The notes under the pieces were generated by a model that did not search any database, was not told the origin of the DNA, and was given only the letters and a program-made list of their open reading frames with translations. Below are positions 10,228 through 19,490 of a stretch of 64,000 nucleotides of DNA, in pieces (position 1 is the first letter of the stretch; every line of letters begins with the position of its first letter). The translations under genes and the position numbers were made by a program. Source of the stretch: Alphaproteobacteria bacterium (GTDB lineage: Bacteria > Pseudomonadota > Alphaproteobacteria > CALKHQ01); contig CBDDFZ010000001.1 of the NCBI GenBank assembly GCA_965227515.1, positions 3,072,001 to 3,136,000 on the forward strand, given 5' to 3'.

Positions 10228-10511
10228 TAAGAGCGTGTTCAGGGTAATCGCGGTCATTCTGCCGGAGCCCGATTTGTCGGAGGTTAGGAGCGAGGACGAA
10301 GGACATGCCGAAGCATATTCGAGAACGAGCGACGCGGCCCCCGACAAATCGCGCCCGGCCCGCAGGGTTTCCACCCGGCCGGCATCCGCTGCGTCGCGAT
10401 CCTTGCCCGATGCTTCGGCATCGCGCTGCGAACCGCTCCTGGCGGACAGCCGAGCCGGACTGGAAACAGATTTGATCGCGATTGCCCTGAATACTCTCTA
10501 GTTTAGAGCCG

Positions 10512-13500
10512 ATGGGGACACCGACCGACAACACCACGGATGACGAAGACGGAACCGGGCCGGAGCCCGGCGGCGCGCCTTCGGTCGTGCGCATATTCCT
10601 GTCCTCGCCGGGCGATGTGGTGCCCGAGCGCGACACCGTCAGCGCCCTGGTCGAATCGCTCAATCTTTCCCAGCGCGACGGCGTGCGGATCGAGCTGATC
10701 CGCTGGGAAGATTCCTACTACACCGCCGACAGCACATTTCAGGACCAGATCGTCAGCCCGGCCGCCTGCGACCTGGTCATCCTGATCCTCTGGAGCCGCA
10801 TCGGGACCGAGCTGGCCGGTGTCGACTACCAGCGCGCCGACGGCTCACCCTATCGCAGCGGCACCGAGTACGAGTTCGAAGCCGCCATCGAAGCCGCGCG
10901 CCGGACCGGACGCCCCGATGTCTTCGTCTACCGCAAGACGGCGCCGCCGCAGATCGCGCCCGACGACGAGGCCGGCAACGCGCAGTGGCGCGACTTGCAG
11001 GCGTTCTGGTCGCGCTGGTTTGTCGACGGTCAGGGCCATTTCGTCGCCGCGCACCACGACTTCGCGTCGGTCGATGCCTTCGAGCACAAGATCGGCCAGC
11101 ACTTGCGGCAATGGCTGCACGAGCGCCGCCAGATCGCCACCATCACCTGGCCGGAGAGCAAGGGCTCGCCGTTCCGCGGCCTGGAGGCGTTCGACGCCGA
11201 GCACGCCGCCGTCTATTTCGGCCGCCGCGCCGCCATCGGCCAGGCCCTCCGGCGGTTGCGCCATGCCATCGCGGCCGGCTGCGGCTTCCTGCTGGTGATC
11301 GGGCGGAGCGGTGTCGGCAAGTCCTCTTTCGTGCGGGCCGGCCTGGTGCCCGCGCTTCAGCGTGGCGAAGCAGGGCAGGTTGGCGACGCGTTGACCTGCA
11401 TCGTGCGTGGCGACGATGGCTGCGCGGGCGTGATGGCGGCGATCGCCGGCGTTCTGGGCAATGTCGGGCCTGATGCCGCCGGGCTGGCCGACGTCGATCC
11501 CGAGGACGGGGTCAGGGCGGTGGCCGCCGCGCTGCGTGCCGAGGGCGGCCGGCCGGCGCGACGCCTGATCCTGGTCGCCGATCAGTTCGAAGGTCTGTTC
11601 GGGCTGCCACGGGCCGAGCAGGACGCCTGTGCCAGCTTGCTGGCCGGTCTGGCACATTGCCCGGACGTGGTCGTGATCGCGACACTGAGGGTCGACTTCT
11701 ACCGGCAATACCAGGACCACGCCGAACTGGTGGCGCTGAAGGACGACGGTGTGTCGTTCGACCTGCTGCCGCCGACCAAGGCCGATATCAGCGATATCAT
11801 CCGCGGGCCCGCCGCCGCCGCCGGGTTGCAGTACGATTTCGACCCGGCCACCGGCAACGGCCTGGACGACGTGCTGCTGGAGGCGACGAACCAGGCCGAC
11901 GCCCTGCCGCTGCTCGAGTTCACCCTGGACGAGCTCTACAAGCGCAGGCAGGCGGCGGACGGCAAGGGCGGCAGCGCGCGCCTCACGTTCGCGGCCTACC
12001 GGGAACTGGGCGGGCTGGAGGGCGCGATCGCGGAACGCGCGGATGCGGAGTTCGCGCTCCTCGACCCCGCCGCGCAGGCCGCCTTGCCGGCCGTGCTGCG
12101 GGCGGCGGTCACCACCGCCGGTTCCGACGGCGACCGCTTCATCCAGCAGCCGATGCCGCTGTCGCGGTTCGCGCCGGGGACCAGCGAGCGCCGGCTGATC
12201 GACCGGTTCGCCGACCCGCGCGCCCGCCTGATGGTGACCGTGACCCAGGGCGGCCAGCAGATCGTGCGGCTGGCGCACGAGGCACTGCTGACCCACTGGC
12301 CGCGCGCGGTGGCGCAATTGGAGCGCGACCGCCAGCTCATCGTGGCGCGAGCCCGGCTGACCGAGCAGGCGAACCGCTGGCACAACGCGACCGCGGAGCG
12401 CGACAGCCTGTTGTTGCCGCCGGGCCTGCCGCTGAGCGAGGCCGAGGCGGTGCTCGACCAGGACGGGGCCAGCCTGCCGCCCGACGTGGTCGCCTATATC
12501 AAGGCGTCGTCCAGCGCCAATGTCAGCCGGCTTGAGCAGGAGACCGCCATCGCCAAGCGGGCCGCGCGCCGCGCGCGCATCGCGCTGGTCGTGATCACCC
12601 TGCTGGGATTGACCACGGCGGCCGGTGCCGGCGTCGGCTTCCGGTTCTGGCAGCAGGCCGAGGAGCAGGCCGAACTGGCGCAGGACCGCGCGACCTTTGC
12701 CGAGGAGCAGCAGCAGGCGGCGGAGGAAAACCAGGCCCTGGCCATCGATGCCATCAACATCCTGGTCAGCGACGTGGTCGACCGGCTGCGCAATGTCGCC
12801 GGCGTGCGGGTGGAGGTCATCGTAGACATCCTGGGCAAGGCTGAGGCGATGCTGGCGGTCATCGAGGAGCGCACGGAAGAACCGCCTGACATGCTGCGGC
12901 ACCGCCAGGCGACCATGCACTGGTCGTTCTCCCGCTCATACCAGCGGCTTGGCGAAGTGGGGCCGGCGCTGGCCAGTGCAGAGCTGGCGCGCTCGCTGCT
13001 GGAAGACCTGGTGGCCGACCCGGATGCGCCGCTGCAGTGGCGGGCGGACCTGATCCGAGTGATCCAGCACCAGGGCAATATCGTGATGACGCAGGAGGAC
13101 CCGCTGGTGGCGGCCTCGATGTTCCGCGACGCGGTGGAACGCGCGAACGCACTGGTCGAGGTGGACCCCGATACCGTGGAGTGGCAGCGCGCTTTGAGCT
13201 CCAGCCACATGTACCTGGGCGATGCGTTGCTGCAGGGCGGTGCGTGGGAAGAGGGCAGGGCGGAGCTGGCTGCCGACCTGGCGATCAGCGAGGCCCTCTA
13301 CGATGCCGACCCCGACAATCCGACGCTGGCGCGCGACCTGGAAGTCAGCCTGGGCAGGCAGGCCACCATCCTGCAGGCCGACGGCAGGCTCACCGACGCC
13401 TTGGAGATGGCGCAGCGGGTGGTCGAACTCGCCGAACAGCGGCTGGCCAACGACCCGGACAATACCGCCACCGTGGCCGATGTCACCCATAGCTATGACG

Positions 13501-14717
13501 CCATGGGCGGCATACTGCTCGAAATGGAGCGGTTGGTGGAGGCGTTTGACACCTATCAGCGCGCATTGGAAATCAACCTGTCGATGATGGAGCTGGATCC
13601 GGGCGACACCGGTTGGCAGCGCGCCGCGCTCATCGACTACGAGAGCCTGGGTGAGGTCTCGCTGCGGCGGGGTGATCTGGAAGCGGCACTGGAATTCTAC
13701 CGCCTGGGCCTGGAGTTGCAGGAGGATCTGAGCGCATCCGACCCCGGCAACATTCGCTGGCAGCGCGATCTGCTGATCTCGCTGTTTTACAAGTCGTACG
13801 TCCTGGACCTGTTGGGCGAGTACGAAGAGGCGCGCGAGGTGGCGGCAGAGCGCCTGCGGCTGGCGCGGGAACTGGTCACTGCTTACCCGGATGTACTGGA
13901 CTTGCGGCGCGATCTTTCGGTCTCCCTTGAGACGCTGGGCGACCGCGAGCTCGCTCTTGGCAACCTGGAAGAAGCCCGCGCGCTGTACGAAGAAAGCCTC
14001 GCTATCGTGCGCGAGATGGTCGAGTTGCAGCCGCAGAACGGCGTCTACATCAATGACCTGGCGTTCACCTTGCTCTGGCTGTCGGAGATTCAGCTCGAAC
14101 TCGGCGATGGCGATGCCGCCCTGGCGTCCCTGGACGAGGCGGTCCAGCTCTCCGAGCAGCTCGTGGCCGAAAACCCGGGCAACGTTGAACTGCAACGCGA
14201 CCTGTCGGTGATGTATGCCGAGCTCGGCGCGACCCATCTCAACCTCGAAAATCTGGATGAGGCCCTTGCGGCATATGAGCAGGACATGGCGCTGGCGCAG
14301 GAGATCCTGGCTCAAGATCCCGACAACATGTCGCGCCAGCGCGATGTTGCCTTGAGCCATCAGACCCTGGCTGACGTCTATTATTCCCAAGGCAGGCTCG
14401 ATGCCGCCCTGGAGGAATTCGAGGCGGCGTTGCGCATTTTCCAGACCCTGCACGCGGCGCCGTCCGACAGTGCCCAGTGGCACATCGACCTGATCAATAC
14501 GCACTATTGGATGGCCCTGGTCGAGATCGACATGGAAAGGACCGACGACGCCCTCGCCAACCTCGGCAAGGCCCGTGCGCTGGTCAATGCCTACCTGGAG
14601 GACCGGCAGGATGCCGGGGAGGTCGCGGATTTCGGGCTTGAGCTGGATGCCATGATCGCCGAACTGCGGAACCCCGTGCCCGATGTCGAGCCGGAAGATG
14701 CGCCCGTTGACCAATAG
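10512..14717 (+). CDS. TIR-like (DUF4062-type) + nSTAND1 NTPase + transmembrane helix + TPR-repeat protein
   Basis: RIFLSSPGDV..ER, SGTEYEF; PFRGLEAF...YFGR, Walker A GRSGVGKSS, Walker B LVADQFE; hydrophobic IALVVITLLGLTTAAGAGVGF; about 11 repeats of about 51 aa with DPxNxxWQRDL. Confidence 0.85.
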   Translation: MGTPTDNTTDDEDGTGPEPGGAPSVVRIFLSSPGDVVPERDTVSALVESLNLSQRDGVRIELIRWEDSYYTADSTFQDQIVSPAACDLVILILWSRIGTELAGVDYQRADGSPYRSGTEYEFEAAIEAARRTGRPDVFVYRKTAPPQIAPDDEAGNAQWRDLQAFWSRWFVDGQGHFVAAHHDFASVDAFEHKIGQHLRQWLHERRQIATITWPESKGSPFRGLEAFDAEHAAVYFGRRAAIGQALRRLRHAIAAGCGFLLVIGRSGVGKSSFVRAGLVPALQRGEAGQVGDALTCIVRGDDGCAGVMAAIAGVLGNVGPDAAGLADVDPEDGVRAVAAALRAEGGRPARRLILVADQFEGLFGLPRAEQDACASLLAGLAHCPDVVVIATLRVDFYRQYQDHAELVALKDDGVSFDLLPPTKADISDIIRGPAAAAGLQYDFDPATGNGLDDVLLEATNQADALPLLEFTLDELYKRRQAADGKGGSARLTFAAYRELGGLEGAIAERADAEFALLDPAAQAALPAVLRAAVTTAGSDGDRFIQQPMPLSRFAPGTSERRLIDRFADPRARLMVTVTQGGQQIVRLAHEALLTHWPRAVAQLERDRQLIVARARLTEQANRWHNATAERDSLLLPPGLPLSEAEAVLDQDGASLPPDVVAYIKASSSANVSRLEQETAIAKRAARRARIALVVITLLGLTTAAGAGVGFRFWQQAEEQAELAQDRATFAEEQQQAAEENQALAIDAINILVSDVVDRLRNVAGVRVEVIVDILGKAEAMLAVIEERTEEPPDMLRHRQATMHWSFSRSYQRLGEVGPALASAELARSLLEDLVADPDAPLQWRADLIRVIQHQGNIVMTQEDPLVAASMFRDAVERANALVEVDPDTVEWQRALSSSHMYLGDALLQGGAWEEGRAELAADLAISEALYDADPDNPTLARDLEVSLGRQATILQADGRLTDALEMAQRVVELAEQRLANDPDNTATVADVTHSYDAMGGILLEMERLVEAFDTYQRALEINLSMMELDPGDTGWQRAALIDYESLGEVSLRRGDLEAALEFYRLGLELQEDLSASDPGNIRWQRDLLISLFYKSYVLDLLGEYEEAREVAAERLRLARELVTAYPDVLDLRRDLSVSLETLGDRELALGNLEEARALYEESLAIVREMVELQPQNGVYINDLAFTLLWLSEIQLELGDGDAALASLDEAVQLSEQLVAENPGNVELQRDLSVMYAELGATHLNLENLDEALAAYEQDMALAQEILAQDPDNMSRQRDVALSHQTLADVYYSQGRLDAALEEFEAALRIFQTLHAAPSDSAQWHIDLINTHYWMALVEIDMERTDDALANLGKARALVNAYLEDRQDAGEVADFGLELDAMIAELRNPVPDVEPEDAPVDQ

Positions 14718-14759
14718 CCTGCGACCGATCCCGCTGTCGCATGGGCGGCGCGTATTGCG

Positions 14760-16562
14760 ATGACGGACTGCGATCTGGAGGCCTGGTTGCGGCAGGTGAA
14801 CGAGGAACTGCGCGCGGGCGAGCTGTTGCAGGCCTTCGACACCGCGCAGCGCGGGCTCGAGCAGCATCCGGGCGCGTTGCCCCTGCGGGTGCGCGCGTTG
14901 CAGGCGCTGTGCCGGGCCGACGTCACCGAACACGCTGCCGAGCTATACAATGCCTGGGAGCTTGACCAGGCGGTCGATCACGACGCCATGGCGCTGAGTG
15001 CGCGCATCGCCAAGAACCGTGCCGGGCGTGCGCGGGGCGCGGACCAGCGCAACCTCTACCGGCGTGCCGGCGCGGCCTACAAGGCGGTGTTCGACCGCTA
15101 TGGCGGCCACTACCCGGCCGTGAACGCGGCGACCACATTCCTGTTCGCCGGCGACACCGACCTGGCGCATCTGATGGCCGAGCGCTGCCTGGCCACCACC
15201 CAGGCGGGCGCGGGCGAGCATCCGGCCGAGCGCTATTACAGCCTGGTCAGCCGTGCCGAGGCGCTGCTGGTGCTAGGCGACGACGCCGGTGCCGCAGAGC
15301 ATGTGCGCATGGCCGCCGACATGGGCTTTGCCGATCTGTCCGCCCGTGCCTCGACCCGGCGCCAGATGCGACGCATATGCCGCCTGCGCGGCATCGATGA
15401 CGGCCCGCTGTTGTCGCCATTGGCGCCGCCGCGCGTGGTCCACTTCGCCGGCCACCGCATATTCGACGCGCCGGAAGCGCGCTTCCCGATGGCGCAGGAA
15501 GACGACGCCCGTGCCGCCATCCGCCACGCAATCGCGAAGCACGACGTCGGCCTTGCCGTCGGTTCGCTGGCCGCCGGGGCGGATATCCTGTTCGCCGAGG
15601 CGCTGCTCGATGCCGGTGCCGACCTGACCGTGGTGCTTCCCTGTGCGCGGCAGGCTTTCGTCCCGGTCTCGGTGGCACCGTCGGGATCGGACTGGGTGCG
15701 CCGGTTCGATGCCTGCCTGGAGCGTGCGCACCGGGTGATCGAGGCGGGCGATGACCGGCGGCTCGATCACGACAGCGCGTTCGACTACTGCAGCCGGGTC
15801 TCCATGGGGCTTGCTCTCTTGCAGGCCGCGCACATCGACGCCGACCCCCTGCAGATTACGCTATGGGACGGGGTCGACAACGGCCAGGACGTCGGGACCG
15901 AGGCCGACATCCGCACCTGGGCGGCGCGCGGGCTGGAGGCGCAGGTCGTGCCGGTGACCTCCAGCTACAAGGCGCCGACCGCCGCAACGCCGATGACCGA
16001 TGCGTTCGAGCAGCGCATGATGGCGATGATGTTCGCCGACGCCCAGGGCTTCAGCCGGCTGACCAACGACGACATCCGGCGGTTCCACGCCCGGGTGACC
16101 CACCGGGTCGCGACGGTGCTGGACCGTTTCGACGACCACGTGCTGGACCGCAACACCTGGGGCGACGGCCTGTTCGTGCTGTTCGACGACGTATCGACGG
16201 CGGCGGAGGTGGCGACCACCATCCAGCAAACGCTGAAGGACGACGCGGCCGACCTGGGCGATGCGGCGGCGGAGGCGTTCCGGCTGCGCATGTCGCTGCA
16301 CGCAGGCCCTGTATTCGCCTATGACGACCCGGTCCGCGGCTGCCGCTCCTACACCGGACGGCACGTCACCCGAGCCGCGCGCCTGGAGCCGATCGCGACC
16401 CTGGGCGACGTGTTCGTGACCGAATCGCTGGCGGCGTTGCTCGCCTTGCAGGCGCCGGACCGCTTCGCATGCGAATATGTCGGCCACCGCACCCGCGCCA
16501 AGGCAGCCGGGACGGAGCGCATGTTCAGCTTGCGCGCGCTGCCGCCTGGCGGTGCGCTGTAG
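14760..16562 (+). CDS. TPR (TRAF-binding/DUF4071-like) + SLOG-like + class III nucleotide cyclase
   Basis: ARIAK...YPAVNAAT TPR region; HFAGHRI...RFP...SLAAGADILFAE...WDG...GTE SLOG-like; FADAQGFS, NTWGDG, RMSLHAGP, GRHVTRAARLE cyclase. Confidence 0.82.
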   Translation: MTDCDLEAWLRQVNEELRAGELLQAFDTAQRGLEQHPGALPLRVRALQALCRADVTEHAAELYNAWELDQAVDHDAMALSARIAKNRAGRARGADQRNLYRRAGAAYKAVFDRYGGHYPAVNAATTFLFAGDTDLAHLMAERCLATTQAGAGEHPAERYYSLVSRAEALLVLGDDAGAAEHVRMAADMGFADLSARASTRRQMRRICRLRGIDDGPLLSPLAPPRVVHFAGHRIFDAPEARFPMAQEDDARAAIRHAIAKHDVGLAVGSLAAGADILFAEALLDAGADLTVVLPCARQAFVPVSVAPSGSDWVRRFDACLERAHRVIEAGDDRRLDHDSAFDYCSRVSMGLALLQAAHIDADPLQITLWDGVDNGQDVGTEADIRTWAARGLEAQVVPVTSSYKAPTAATPMTDAFEQRMMAMMFADAQGFSRLTNDDIRRFHARVTHRVATVLDRFDDHVLDRNTWGDGLFVLFDDVSTAAEVATTIQQTLKDDAADLGDAAAEAFRLRMSLHAGPVFAYDDPVRGCRSYTGRHVTRAARLEPIATLGDVFVTESLAALLALQAPDRFACEYVGHRTRAKAAGTERMFSLRALPPGGAL

Positions 16563-16623
16563 GCAAGGGCGCGGCGACAATTCGATATGGACGCTGGGGG
16601 AACTCCGGCAATAGATTGAAATC

Positions 16624-17319
16624 ATGGATAGAAAAGCCGCCATCTTGAAGAACACCGACTTGTTCGCCGGTTGCCCGGACGAAGCGCTGGCCGATCTGGC
16701 GCGGGCGAGCCTGCTGCAGGTGGTGCCGGCGAAGAGCTCGGTCTTTGCCAAGGGCGACCCCGGCGACCGGCTGTTCGTGGTCGTCTCCGGCAAGGTGCGT
16801 ATCAGCACGACCGGGCCGGACATGCAGCAACTGACGCTGAATATCCTGGGGCCGGGCACGCTGTTCGGCGAGGTGGCGCTGCTCGACCACGGTGCGCGCA
16901 CCGCCGATGCCGACACCATAGGCGCCTCTGAGCTGCTGTCGCTGCGCCGGGCCGATATCGAGCAGGTGCTGCTGCGCCACCCGGACGTCAGCATGCGCAT
17001 GCTGGCGACCCTGTGCGACCGGGTGCGCTGGATCAGCGCGCGCTACGAGGACTCCGTGTTCCTGGAACTGCCGGCACGGCTGGCGAAGCGCCTGCTGATC
17101 CTGGACGACATGTTCGGCACCGAACGCGATGGCAAGCGGGTGATCAACCTGAAGATGTCGCAGCGCGACCTCTCCAACGCCATGCACGTCACCCGCGAGA
17201 GCATCAACCGCACGCTGCGGCGCTGGCAGGACGACGGGTTGCTGACCTTCGAGGACGGCGTGATCACGGTGCTCGACCGCGGCGGGCTGGAGGCCGCGGT
17301 GTTGGTCGAGAAGGGCTAG
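16624..17319 (+). CDS. Crp/Fnr family transcriptional regulator with intact cNMP pocket
   Basis: KGDPGD..FVVVSGKV, FGEVALLD..RTA, HTH SQRDLS...TRESINR. Confidence 0.93.
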   Translation: MDRKAAILKNTDLFAGCPDEALADLARASLLQVVPAKSSVFAKGDPGDRLFVVVSGKVRISTTGPDMQQLTLNILGPGTLFGEVALLDHGARTADADTIGASELLSLRRADIEQVLLRHPDVSMRMLATLCDRVRWISARYEDSVFLELPARLAKRLLILDDMFGTERDGKRVINLKMSQRDLSNAMHVTRESINRTLRRWQDDGLLTFEDGVITVLDRGGLEAAVLVEKG

Positions 17320-17347
17320 AAACCGGTCATCCTTCGTTAGTTATGCG

Positions 17348-17369
17348 AGGTGTGCGCTGGTTCACACCT
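17348..17369. promoter_or_regulatory. CRP-box-like palindrome upstream of the small membrane-protein gene
   Basis: aggTGTGC-gctggt-TCACAcct (9/10, extended inverted repeat); GCCATATC -10-like element at 17386-17393. Confidence 0.62.
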
Positions 17370-17438
17370 GATGGCGGCGGGCGTCGCCATATCTCCAACC
17401 ATGAAGGCGCGAAGTCGCCCACGGTTTGGAGAGTTACC

Positions 17439-17864
17439 ATGTATCGCCCACTGCATGTGTTCACCACACTCACGCTCCTGTCCCTGGCCATTGGCGTTGC
17501 GATGGTGTTCCGCGACGCGGCGCTCATTCCCGGTCTCACGCTTAGCGATCTGGCCCTGCCGGCCGGCTTGCTGGCGGTGGAACTGGCGCTGATCCTGTGC
17601 GCGGCAAGGGACCTGCGCTGGGCTCAGTACGTTTATGTCTTCCTGTTCTTCTTCGGCGTGGTGTTTCGCCTGGCCGCGGTATCGGACCTGTTCGGCGCCG
17701 ACCCCTTCGCCGGCATGGTGATGCTGATCGCCTTCGTGCTCAACGCCATCGGCGTCGGTGCGCTGTTCATGGAACTGAACGCCCAGCGCCGAGCCCAGAA
17801 CCGTCGGGCCGAAACGCAACTGGCGGAAAAGTCCGGAACGAGCGCCAGCCACGCCGCGATCTGA
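17439..17864 (+). CDS. small hypothetical membrane protein (about 4 TM helices)
   Basis: GGAGAG RBS before ATG 17439; four hydrophobic stretches in 141 aa. Confidence 0.72.
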   Translation: MYRPLHVFTTLTLLSLAIGVAMVFRDAALIPGLTLSDLALPAGLLAVELALILCAARDLRWAQYVYVFLFFFGVVFRLAAVSDLFGADPFAGMVMLIAFVLNAIGVGALFMELNAQRRAQNRRAETQLAEKSGTSASHAAI

Positions 17865-17919
17865 CCAACCGCACGCCAAGCACCGACCAACGCCAAGCCC
17901 CGACCAACGCCAAACACTG

Positions 17920-17963
17920 GCGCACGCGTCGGCGGGTTTGCCCGCCGGCGCTTTCGCGTGCGC
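17920..17963. terminator. GC-rich hairpin between convergent genes
   Basis: cggcggg-tttg-cccgccg stem inside outer gcgcacgcg...cgcgtgcgc arms. Confidence 0.4.
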
Positions 17964-17989
17964 GCAGGGAGCGCCTTCATGGTCAGTTG

Positions 17990-18781
17990 TCACGGCAGGG
18001 GCGGTGCGTTCGGCAAACCGGGTGTCGGGTCGGGCGGTCCCGGGATCTGGCCGGGCGGCGCGAAGGGTGTGCCAGGCATGGGCATGCTGTCCGGCGCACT
18101 TTCTTCCAGTGGCGGCAATGCGGGCGGTGGAGCGGGGGCGGCGTCGCGCGCCGGGGCGAACGATAGAGCCCCATAGAGCGCCCCCATCGCCAGCAGCCAA
18201 CTGCCCATGATCCGCGCAGCGGTGATGAACCAGCGGCGGCGGACCAGGCGCGCGGTCAGCGCAACGCCGGCGACCAGCCAGAAAGCAAGCAGCGCACCGA
18301 CGCGCTGGATCGTCGGGTCGTGCAGGCTCGGGTCGGTCAAGGCAATCGTCAGCCAGACGGCAATGCCGCCTAAGAGCGCCATTGGCGGCAACAGCCAAGG
18401 GCGCAGACGGGCGCCCGGCACCAGGGCCAATCCGGCGACGAGACAGGCCAAGGGCACAGTGACCTGGGTCGGGGTTGCGATATCGGGAACCTTGCCCAGC
18501 AGCTCCAACAGCCAGTCCCGCGCCAAGTAGCCGGCCGCGAGACCTGCGCCGAAGATCGCTTGGCCGGCCAGCGCATGCCATCGCGGCGCGACGGCGACCG
18601 CAATGCCGAGACCGAGCAGCGGCAGCATCCGTATGGCCGAGGTGCCGTTCGCCGCCAGCCACCACCCCAGGCGCCCTTCGCCCAACTGGGGCACCATGGC
18701 AAGCGTAACGGCCGCGACCGCCCACCCGACGAGCAATGCCGGGCCTGCCCATCTGGTCAGCAATGTCGGGCCGGCCGGCAT
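17990..18781 (-). CDS. hypothetical membrane protein (divergent HupE/UreJ-like) with Pro-rich tail
   Basis: multiple TM segments, AARIMGSWLLAMG; directly downstream of hupE/ureJ. Confidence 0.65.
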   Translation of the reverse strand: MPAGPTLLTRWAGPALLVGWAVAAVTLAMVPQLGEGRLGWWLAANGTSAIRMLPLLGLGIAVAVAPRWHALAGQAIFGAGLAAGYLARDWLLELLGKVPDIATPTQVTVPLACLVAGLALVPGARLRPWLLPPMALLGGIAVWLTIALTDPSLHDPTIQRVGALLAFWLVAGVALTARLVRRRWFITAARIMGSWLLAMGALYGALSFAPARDAAPAPPPALPPLEESAPDSMPMPGTPFAPPGQIPGPPDPTPGLPNAPPLP

Positions 18782-18787
18782 GATGCC

Positions 18788-19456
18788 TCAGGCGAACAGG
18801 AAATAGACACCACCGAGCGCGATCAAACCGCCAAGGGCGCGCGCCAAGCGGCCGCCCATGGGCTTGGCGAGGACCAATCCGACCCCGATGCCGACCAGGT
18901 GGATCGCGCCGGTGGCCACCACGAACCCGACCGCATAGTCGGCCGGGTCGGCGGCGTCGGGCAGCTCCATGCCGTGCGCGTGCCCGTGGAAGACGGCGAA
19001 GATGCCCACAAGCAGCAACGCAATTGCTTCGGGCGCGCGCCAGGCCGCCGCGATCGCGCCGCCCAAGACGATGATCGAGACCGCAATCCCCGTCTCGATG
19101 CCGGGGACGTCCAGGCCCAGGATGCCGACGATGCCGCCGCAGACCATGATCAGCGGAAACACGATCGGTAGCGACCAGACCGCCCGCCCGCCCATCTGCG
19201 CCCCCCACAGGCCGACGGCGAACATCGCCAGGAAGTGGTCGATGCCGGTGAGCGGATGCTCAAGCCCGCTGCCGAACCCGCCCGCACCTGAGGTCAGGAT
19301 GTGCGCCTCGGCAGGATGAGCCGTCAGCACGCCGGCCATGGCGGCAGCCATCGCCAGCGCAAGAGGCGTGGCCGTATGCCGCCAAGGCTGACCTATGCCT
19401 TGGCGCTCGGGGCATCCAAGCTCGAGGCGCGCAAATCCGTCTTTGGTTAGCGGCAT
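18788..19456 (-). CDS. HupE/UreJ family metal transporter (start uncertain)
   Basis: AEAH..GFGSGLEHPLTGIDHFLAM, FHGHAHGME, GFVVATGAIH. Confidence 0.88.
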   Translation of the reverse strand: MPLTKDGFARLELGCPERQGIGQPWRHTATPLALAMAAAMAGVLTAHPAEAHILTSGAGGFGSGLEHPLTGIDHFLAMFAVGLWGAQMGGRAVWSLPIVFPLIMVCGGIVGILGLDVPGIETGIAVSIIVLGGAIAAAWRAPEAIALLLVGIFAVFHGHAHGMELPDAADPADYAVGFVVATGAIHLVGIGVGLVLAKPMGGRLARALGGLIALGGVYFLFA

Positions 19457-19473
19457 GATAGACCCCCAATTGG

Positions 19474-19490
19474 TATGATATAACATAACA
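19474..19490. promoter_or_regulatory. Zur-box-like AT-rich imperfect palindrome
   Basis: TATGATATAACATAACA upstream of hupE/ureJ; resembles TGTTATA-N-TATAACA-type Zur boxes. Confidence 0.5.

Noticed and set aside
13000-14550. About 153-bp periodicity that might suggest a DNA repeat array
   Set aside because: It is protein-level TPR repetition in 10512..14717; the nucleotide copies are divergent.
14760-17319. Calling the cyclase-CRP pair a canonical Pycsar or Thoeris system
   Set aside because: The cNMP receptor is an HTH transcription factor rather than a TM or TIR effector, and no SIR2 or macrodomain effector is seen; only parts are shared.
17864-17913. Short repeats as a mini CRISPR array
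   Set aside because: Units are 14 bp with 3-bp gaps, there are no spacers, and no cas genes are present.
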